A DNA stretch of 64,000 nt from Octopus vulgaris (Eukaryota), in assembly GCA_951406725.2 (NCBI GenBank), contig OX597828.1, forward strand, positions 61,938,001 through 62,002,000, in the 5' to 3' direction. The notes under the pieces are model-generated. The model made no database searches. It was not told the origin of the DNA and saw nothing but the letters and a program-made list of their open reading frames with translations. This document shows positions 54,323 to 64,000 of this stretch, one piece after another; position 1 is the first letter of the stretch; each line of letters starts with the position of its first letter. The position numbers were made by a program, and so were the translations under genes.

Positions 54323-54668
54323 GTACCTATATGTATGATGATGATGGAAGTTATGATCGTAGCTACGATAGTAATAAAAGAAAGGAAATTTGAGCACCCA
54401 AATCTAAATAAAAGGAAGAGGTTGTGTAACACTCACGCCTTCCGCTTTCAATTTATTGACATCAATGAACAGGAATAGCAAGAATTAAAACCAAGACTTA
54501 TGGAGTTAGTTTCCAAATTAAACTCATATATTAGACTTCTGAATAGACGCAGGCACACAAATATGAATATATGTAAGTTTATATGCACTATAACTTAAGT
54601 GTGCTTCTTTTTTCGGATTCATGTCTACGGACGATCCATATGCATATACATATATATAATATACACAC

Positions 54669-54744
<76 letters not shown>

Positions 54745-55154
54745 TGTATAAGGCATGTGAATATGTTTGCATATCAGTATAGGCATCTGTCACCTCCAGC
54801 TTAACTCAATCAGAATTAAAATTAACCATTCCTCTTTCGATACATACATATATACATATGTATACATGTACATGTGTGTTAATGTACAAATATATATGCG
54901 TATGTATACATCTATGTATGTAAATATATATACTTACACCCACTTTTACATATACATAGACATATGAATACGTGAATATATATATATGTATACATACATA
55001 TATATATGTAATATATGTGTACGTGTGTATATATTTACATATATATATACTTACACCCACTCACAGATATGCATATACACATATACATAGATATTTGAAT
55101 ACGTGAATATATATATGTATACATACATATATATATATGTAATATATGTATATA

Positions 55155-55201
<47 letters not shown>

Positions 55202-55726
55202 CACATTTTTCACTTCTGCTTGGAATTCATTTTCCCGTGACAGAACGAGAAATGGAAAACAGCGACTCTGTCTCTTACGCGCGTATATCCACAACCAGGC
55301 GCGCGCACGCACATGTTCATATCTACGTACAAATAAATAAACAGACATTTATAACATTTATTTAAGTTTTTATGTCAGTTTTCTCGAACGGAAGCTGAAT
55401 GAAATATTGTTCTGGGTCCCCAATTTAATATTTCATTTTTTGCAAGGCTGAGCAGATTTACAGGTTTCTCTGTGTGATAAATGGGAAAGTAAGTAATTGG
55501 GTTTGCAGATATATTCCTGGCCAAGTCGAAACTTATGGAAATTGACTGCCTTCGTGAGAATTAATCGGTTATATAGATTATATGATTATATTAGTTAAAT
55601 ACGTTAGATATGTAGAGGATGGGGAGAGAGACAGACAGAGACAGAGACAGAGACAGACTGAACGAAAGAGTAGTGTACGTATGTATATGTGTGCGTGTAT
55701 ACACAACACACACACATACATACGTA

Positions 55727-55787
<61 letters not shown>

Positions 55788-56225
55788 GATTGATAAATGG
55801 ATAGATTGATGGATGGATGGATAGTCAAATCTATATAGAAAATTCAGATAACTATATATCTAAGTGGTTAGCCTGTATCTCTAGCCATATATGTAGATTA
55901 GAGAGATAAGTTTTGAACAGATAGATATATATCTTTTATCTTTTATATTTTATTTATTTCAGTCATCAGACTGCGGCCATGCTGGGGCAACGCCTTGAAT
56001 TTTTTAGTACTTAATTTCTTTTTAATCTCGATACTTATTCTATCGGATTTCTTTGCCGAACCGCAAACACACCAACCACGGTTGCCTATCGGTGGTAGGG
56101 CAGACAAACACACAGAGATACACACATATATATATATACATATGCATATATACATACATATACACATACATACATATATATGTATATGCATGCATATATA
56201 TATGTGTGCGTGTGTGTGTTTGTGC

Positions 56226-56276
<51 letters not shown>

Positions 56277-56321
56277 TGTATGTATATTTATGTATGTATG
56301 TACGTATGTATGTATGTATGC

Positions 56322-56362
<41 letters not shown>

Positions 56363-56455
56363 CAACAATTGAGGGTGGCACTGTTAGTAACGAGAGAATC
56401 TTCGAAAGGGTCTGTTCTTACTTTCAGTGTTTCCAAATCCAAACCAAGGAATTTC

Positions 56456-56507
56456 TGAGCTGAAGATAGAAATGTTGTTTTAACTAATCTTGAAACGTAC
56501 GTACTCA
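56456..56507 (+). ncRNA. Minimal type I hammerhead ribozyme motif
   Basis: tgag-CTGAAGA-tagaaatgttgttttaactaatctt-GAAA-cgtacg-TA-ctca: perfect helix I, palindromic ACGTACGT helix III, GUA triplet; helix II is imperfect. Confidence 0.7.
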
Positions 56508-56736
56508 AATAACCTTAGCATTTGATTTTTGATGTCCTTACCCCCAAACTTTTGTGAGTTGAATTAAGCAAACGCTATATATGAGAGAGATTTTCTTTAA
56601 GTATTAGAAATAGCTTTAAAAAAGTTTTTTAGCTGCTATTTCTAATGAGTTCAGTATGCGGCGAAGTAATTTATTTTACTAAGCCCTTTTATATAATGTA
56701 ATAATTTGAAAATATATATATATATATATATATATA

Positions 56737-57138
56737 CGCAGGAGTGGCTGTGTGGTAAGTAGCTTGCTTACCAACCACATGGTTTCGGGTTCAGTCCAAC
56801 TGCGTGGCATCTTGGGCAAGTGTCTTCTGCTATAGCCCCGGGCCGACCAATGCCTTGTGAGTGGATTTGGTAGACGGAAACTGAAAGAAGCCTGTCGTAT
56901 ATATGTATATATATATATGTGTGTGTGTTTGTGTGTCTGTGTTTGTCCCCCTAGCATTGCTTGACAACAGATGCTGGTGTGTTTACGTCCCCGTCACTTA
57001 GCGGTTTGGCAAAAGAGACTGATAGAATAAGTACTGGGCTTACAAAGAATAAGTCCCGGGGTCGATTTGCTCGACTAAAGGCGGTGCTCCAGCATGGCCG
57101 CAGTCAAATGACTGAAACAAGTAAAAGAGTAAAAGAGT
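56737..57138 (+). mobile_element. tRNA-derived SINE family A, full copy
   Basis: Near-identical to 8229-8600, with a (gtaaaaga)n tail. Confidence 0.85.
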
Positions 57139-57179
<41 letters not shown>

Positions 57180-57850
57180 ATTCTTGGGTTATATATATAT
57201 ATATATATATATATATAACCCAAGAATTCATAAATTCAGTCCCAATCACTGCTATAATCCACAACGAGTCACTTTTAGGTCACTTGACCATTTAACATCC
57301 TACTACTATCATACCATACCGCATTCCCTTATTGTTCTCTCTTCTTTTTCTCCTTCTTCTTCGTCTTCTTCCTCTCCGCCACCTCCTTCCTTACATTACT
57401 ATACGCAAATATTGTAAACAATACATTCAAAAGAGATATGTCAATGAATTCAATCACTACTACCATTCACAAGAAGTCACTTTCTGGGCGCTTGACCATT
57501 TAAACATCCTACCACTATCATACCATTTCCGCATTCTTTTCTTCTTCATCTTCTTCTTCTTCTTCTCTGCCAAGAATTCACAACGACCTCGAACCCACAA
57601 GAGTAAACGAGAGAGACCGAGACAGGCAGAAACAAGGAAAATGTCCCTTGTATTTGAATACTTGCAAATATTCTTTTAAAAAAATTTTCATTTAATTTTT
57701 CCAAAATTTAATTGTTTTCCATACTTACAGTTGAAAAAGTCTCAATGACTGGAACCGGTACTCAAATGCTTTTTATGATAAAATTATTTTAGCATTTTCT
57801 ATCTTGAATTTTTCCGTATACATATCAACTCGCGTGTTCTTTTTCAACCT

Positions 57851-57953
<103 letters not shown>

Positions 57954-57980
57954 AAACATACACACACAAACACACACACA

Positions 57981-58122
57981 TATCTTAAACAAGAATATTG
58001 ATGACAATGACTTCGAAGTTTCGGCCAGTTAAGCAATTGATAGCTTAGCTGACATTGTGCTCTGTGGCTTAGCTGGCCGAAACATTGAAACCTACTGTCA
58101 ACAACATTCTTGGTTAAGAATA
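57981..58122. repeat. Imperfect ~140-bp palindrome (MITE-like foldback)
   Basis: Arms tcttaaacaagaat/attcttggttaaga, ttgatgaca/tgtcaacaa and gtttcggccagttaagc/gcttagctggccgaaac. Confidence 0.7.
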
Positions 58123-58209
58123 ATAAATTTGTACTTGACAAAAATATAGAGTAACCCATCAGATTTATATAAAATTGCTTTCATTACAACTCAACATAAA
58201 AACAAACAT

Positions 58210-58258
<49 letters not shown>

Positions 58259-58292
58259 TATATGTGTGTGTGTATGTGTGTGTGTTTGTATG

Positions 58293-58348
<56 letters not shown>

Positions 58349-59089
58349 TAATAAAAGGGTAAAATTAATTAATTTTACCAAGTAGTGTTCAGTATGTAAA
58401 AAGACCATTTACGGTATATTTAAAACTATTTCTAAAAGTTCGCTGTGTGGTAAAGTAAATTATTTTACTGAACCCTAATTATATAACGTAATGTTTTTAT
58501 ATATATATTTGTATGTATGTATATATGTATGTGTGTGCATATATATGTGTGTGCATATATTTGTGTGTGTGTGTATACAGAAGAAGAGAGGGAGAGAGAG
58601 AGAGAGAGAGAAAGAAAGAGACATGTATATCAAATATAACATAAATCCTTGATTTATGGAAATCATCTCCACCTTTACAGAATTACTAAATCGCAGGTCC
58701 ATATCAGAAGGGGAAAGTAATCTCAAGAATTAAAAATTTCCCAAAATTAACATGCTATAAAGGAAAAGAATAGGCTAATTGCCTGAAGATAAAATGTGGA
58801 TTCATTCTTCTATCTTAATAGGCGTCATGAGCACGACAATGTTTCCACCCCATCTCCATCAGCCAAGGGACAGCATGTATGAATAACAAACTAATACAGG
58901 TGTATCAAATACCATACAACACAAATTACACACACACATTAATATACAAAGAGTCAGCATAACAGAATCATCTGTTGATGTGGTCTTCTGAAACCTTTCG
59001 GGAAACAACTGGAATTACATATGATTGTATGAAAGAAATATTTACTCAAAGTAGTTGGTTAGGAGTTAGGCAACGGGTGTAGCTCGTGA

Positions 59090-59560
59090 TCCACATCAAA
59101 TGGTCAGCTATACAACAAAGCACCCATAATGCATGCTTGTAACCTTGAATGATATAAGTGTAAGGGAACATTGCTAAGAAATTCATGTCCCATGTTATCG
59201 AAGCTACAATACTTTTCGGTTGTAACAAAGATGTGTTCATTCCGAGAGTCCGTATCAATTTTTCTGATGTGTCATATCAGCTCAAGAGACTCGATACTCT
59301 CATGTCCCTAATCTTTGCTAGGCCAGAAGTAGTTGGACTGTAGCTGGAAGAATCCTGCTTCTCTCACAGATAGCTTTATATTGGATGTTCATGTGGTGGG
59401 AGCAAGGGAAATAATAAATACATCAATGCTGTAGTAAGAAAAATTAGAATATTCTTTGTCATTAGACCCTTCTCTGTGAGTTGTTTGTCTGTAAGACTAT
59501 TTTGATACAAAAGCTATAAATGTGACGTTTTACAAAATACTATACAGAAATATACAGAAA
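59090..59560 (+). mobile_element. Helitron Pif1-type helicase C-terminal remnant
   Basis: KKFMSHVIEATILFGCNKDVFIPRVRINFSDVSYQLKRL...VVGL*LEESCFSHR*LYIGCS matches the Helitron pattern VIEATILTG...VFIPRI...FKRLQFP...CFSHGQLYVGCSRV. Confidence 0.75.
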
Positions 59561-59659
59561 TATCACGATTCATTCACCAGTAATTCGTCAACATCTTAGT
59601 TGTTTGTTTTCCAAGCAACGCCTGGTATACTGCCAATACACACATACACACACAGAGGC

Positions 59660-59738
<79 letters not shown>

Positions 59739-59739
<1 letters not shown>

Positions 59740-62700
59740 CTTTCTTTTATTAGCCACACAGGGCTGAATACAGAGGGGACAAATACAAATGTAGAGCTTT
59801 TCTTTTCGAGGGTGGAAAAAAGGAAATAAATGTAAGATTGCGATCAAAAGGGATCGAGAGGAAAAAAAAAAAAAGGAAAGAAATCGTGTATCACAGAAAC
59901 ATTGATAAAAACGTTGATAAAACAAGATTGAGTTCATCCGTGGGAAGAAAAGCCTACAGAAAAGACCACGGGAACCATAGTCAGGGAGGAAATAACCACA
60001 TGAGAGCAAAATGCTCTCTCTTTCTCTTTTACGATTTACAGGGTCATGCTCAAAATGGTTTCGTCACTCGCACGCACCATCTTTGCAACATTCACCCATC
60101 TTTTTTTGAATCTTTCGCGAGACAAAACTTCCCTCTCCATTCTCACCTTTCTTTTCAAGTGGTACTTGAAAAAGTTGATGAGCGATTGGCCAGAGAGGTA
60201 AGTGTTTGTCTCTAATCCTTTCGCTCGGGTCCACCACACACATTCTTTCACCATGGCCACCAGTACAATGAAAACTGCCTTGCCTTCCCGGTTGAGGGAA
60301 GGGGGCGGAGCAATTCTCACGATAGACTCGGCCAATAGGCGGATTCGTCCCACACGTGACAGCAGCCGTTCGGCATAAGCCCACAGGTCTGAAATGGTTG
60401 GACATTGCACGAGTGCGTGCAGAACGGTTTCGTCGCTCTGACCGCATCTCGGGCAAGTCGGTCCAGTGTGTCTGGAACCGTGTCTGTAGAGCTTATCCCG
60501 AACAGGTAATGCTTCTCGATAGCACTGCCAGGCCAGGGATCTTTGGTGATTGTTCATAGGTCCCGGCCCGAAAGTTGTCCTGAACAGGCGGGTCAGGTGT
60601 TCCTCGTCGACGCCCAGACTCTGCCCGAGTTCGTCGTCGCACCTCCCCTCCACTAATCCTCTATAGAATGCCTTTGTTGTGATGGAGTCGCACAAGTTCG
60701 ATCACGGACGGCAGAGTTGCTTGAGAGCAACGCGACACTCGCGGTGCCATTCGCCTAGCCTTGGTCTCTGCTTATAGTTCGTCCAAGGAGACGAGCTGCG
60801 AGAAAGCGCATCGCACAAAAGGCGACCACACCTGTTCACCGTCGTCTATGAAGCGCCGGAGATGTCGCAGTCTCAGCGCATCATCAACCACGGTATGCCC
60901 AGCTCTCCATTTAGCGGGTGTTGACAGCAAATGGATCGCCTGACCATCGGAACGTTTCCCTTCCAAAGGAAGCGGAAGAGTATACGTTCCAGTTTGGTGA
61001 TGGTAGGGTTGGGACAAGGCACGACGGTAAGACGATACTCGATGACGGATGCGATGTACGCGTTCGCCACCTCCGCCCGACCTTTTAGGGATAGCTTTCT
61101 CTCAGCCCATTTCTGGGTGAACGTAGCCACCCTAGTCGTTATCTCGACCCAGTTCTTCTCCATTTGGAGGTCCGGACCGAACCAGACCCCGAGCAATTTA
61201 ACTGGTCCGTCCGTCCAGCGTCCCACGATGGAGATGCTGTTGGACGGCATGGGCCTGCTTCTCCAGGTGCCGAGCCGCAAGCCCACTGACTTTTCCCGGT
61301 TAATTTTTGCTCCCGTTACCGCCTCGTGTTCTTTTAGTGTCTCGCCGACCAGCTCGATGTGCTGGTAGCTCGACACTATGACGGTGACGTCATCCGCGTA
61401 TGCAGACACGCTCCTCCCGCATCCCAGCTCTCGTGGGATGCCCCTCAGCGTCGCCAGTTTCCGCAGTAGTGACTCAAGAGTCAATACATGCAGCAGCGAT
61501 GAGAGGGGGCATCCCTGACGGACCGAACGCATGATGTTAAAAGGTCTGGATAGATGACCATTTACGCGAACTACTGAGCGGATGCTGCTGTATAAGGCAG
61601 CGATCCAACCGCGGAAAACTGGACCGAAACCAGCCGCTTTAAGGACAGCCTCCAAGTAGTGATGGTCTACCCTATCGAAAGCTTTTGATTGATCCAAATT
61701 GATCAGCGCCCCACCCATGCCAGGATTCTTAACTACCCTGTCTATGATGTAGCGCATCAGATGGGGGTTGTCATGAATACTTCTACCCGGCACGGCGCAT
61801 GTTTGCGCCTTGTTGATTAGTTTCTTGATGACAAGCGCCAACCTCTCGGCTAACACCTTGGCCAAAATCTTCGTTGAGCAGAGTGATGGGCCTGAAATTA
61901 TCTATGATGTCCCCCTTGTTTGGGTCTTTCTAAATCAGTGCCACTGCTACTCTCTTTACAAAAGCAGGAATACTCCCGTTTTGCTGCCAGTTGCAGTAGA
62001 CAGCTGCCAAGACGCCTCCAAACAAGTCTGGCATATGACAATAAGGTTCGTAGGGCAGACCATCCAACCTGGTGAGTTGTCTCTCGCGCAGCCCTCCATC
62101 GCATCCTGTACATCCACAGCTGTGATAGGCCTTTCACAAGACTCCACCTCTCTTGCTGAGAGTCGTGGCAAGGCATGCAGGTAGGCACTAAAGTCCACTC
62201 TGCGTTCTGACCCACCACTTGTCCCAAACAGTTGGGTGAAGTGTTGTTGAAAAGCCCCACACATCCTTTTAGGCTCGAGCAATTCGCGCCCCTGTTCATC
62301 TATAAGAGACTTGATGGTGGCTCTGTTGCCTCGTTGCGTCTCCACCACTCGGGCCTCTTGGGCGGCTCCAACTCCTTCGTTCTTCAGAGCATGCATCCTA
62401 GCTCTGACAACGCATCCCTCGTGTTTGGCGTTGAGGTGTTGGTCGAGGGCCAATCTCGCCGCCAGCACGTTGGACGCGATGCCAGTTCTAAGTGCCTCTT
62501 CTAAAACCTTAACTAATTCTCCCTCTATTCTATTTCGGTCTAATGCTAGGGCTTTACTGTATCTGACTGATTCTGCTTTAATTGCTTTTTTTAGGGCATA
62601 CCACCATCTGTTGTTGATGATGGTACCCTTCAAAGCTCTCTTAACTAATGTGCTGATCCGGTCGCTGTAAACCTGTCGTGCTGTAAAAGACACGTTCAGT

Positions 62701-64000
62701 TTCCAGTAACCAGGACCCTGCCTATGTGTCTTATCTAAGTCAAGTGTACAAGTCACAAACTTGTGATCTGTGTAACTGACTATATGAAATTGTGGACAAC
62801 CTACACTATTTTTATCTATTGTCCTACAGAATACTCTATCTAAGTATGATCTGGACGACCCGATGCGGTTACTCCATGTCCACATTGGCACATTCGGGTG
62901 GTCCAGTCGGTACCTGTCAGACAGTTGGAAACGTCTGAGCAGGTCTTTGAGGCATTTGCATCCCCTTCTATTGCTATCTCTACCCACGTAGTCTAGATGC
63001 GTGTCCAGGGTGGCATTCCAATCCCCCACTAAAAGTAAAGGACGATCGTTCCCATGAAAGACTCTAGACGTCGAAAGAAATCTGGTCGGCCTGTTAAGGA
63101 CGGAGCATAAACTGTTATCAGTCGAAAAGCACACTCATTGCTGCCATCGACATCCAAAACGACCAGCCTACCCTCCGGGTCTAGGAAAATTGCTCTTACT
63201 TTGAGATCCAGACTCTTCCGGAGAAGCACCGCGGTGCCACCTCCGCCCATTCTCGGTAGACACGGAGAAAAATAAATGTTGAAATGTGTACCGAACATGT
63301 GGTGGAGTGCCCGCGAGCTGTGGAGTCTGGTCTCACTGATGGATATGATATTCAGATTTAGTGACTTCATATCATTTAACAGGTAGCCTTGTTTCCAAGG
63401 CGACCCCAAGCCACGTACATTTATACTGCCTATTCTGAGCATGTTCCGATAAAAATTGTGTTTTACACACGAAAAGAAAGTGCAAAAAAGGAAAGAGAGA
63501 GAGAGAAAAGGTTACTTGTTGTCCGAAAGTCCTTTGTTTTTCACCTCACAGTCTTCTTCCATGAGGTTTTTATATAGTTTCTTTGATGAATATTTTTGAA
63601 ATCTCCCTACTGCATCAGCGTAAAGAGATTTCAGGGTGCTGTATGTGTTACGTGTATTGTTTTAATGTGTTGTGGTGGTGTTGTGCGTGGGTGGTTACTT
63701 GCTTTTATGTCGTTTTCAGTTATGTTGGTGTTTGACCTAATGTGTTCCATTAGGTCGTGGTTGTTTGTGTTTATGGCTGTCAACATTGTTGGGGGGTTTG
63801 ATGATGGTGGGTTTGTGTTGATGTGTTTGTTTTCTGTGGATGTTTTTGTTTCGGGAGTGGTGAATCTTCCTGCTTTGTTTGTTATCTTTTCTTTTCTTTT
63901 TTCCCCTTTTTCTTCTCCCCCCTGTGGCTATTTGCCAATCTTCTGTGTCTTCTTCGTCTAATGACAAATCAGAGGAATCAGAGATTGGGAGGGGGAAAAT
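59739..64000 (-). mobile_element. Tx1-clade LINE: ORF1 C-terminus + ORF2 (APE endonuclease, RT, zinc-binding C-terminus), frameshifted; extends beyond the window end
   Basis: ORF2 start IGSINVRGL...SISETR...VYAP, GDWN, SYLDR..TDH, GYWKLN, LDQSKAFDRVDH, SVRQGCPLS, AYADD and CPRC...HALVQC. A basic, low-complexity ORF1 tail lies upstream. Confidence 0.93.

Overview
Eukaryotic, AT-rich and microsatellite-dense DNA made almost entirely of degenerate transposable elements. No host protein-coding gene can be confidently called, and most ORF-track entries are artefacts of (TA)n, (CA)n, (TAA)n and (TATG)n tracts. From recall, the SINE families look like those of octopus (coleoid cephalopod); this is inference, not a database match. 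Recognisable elements: several R4/Dong-clade non-LTR retrotransposons sitting in (TAA)n tracts, two Tx1-clade LINEs, two RTE LINEs (one with C-terminal C2H2 fingers), two Penelope-like elements (RT + GIY-YIG), mariner, Tc1/maT, hAT, MULE and Helitron relics, and three or four tRNA-derived SINE families. The most notable signal is a dense set of about 10 minimal type-I hammerhead ribozyme motifs, intact to decayed, carried by several unrelated small non-coding elements. These include 336-bp and 363-bp partial-tandem, retrozyme-like units (one with a compensatory U3-A8 core) and a tRNA-headed SINE ending in a hammerhead and inserted as a head-to-head pair. A second SINE family shares its 3' tail with the Tx1 LINE in this window and appears to insert repeatedly at one site within itself.
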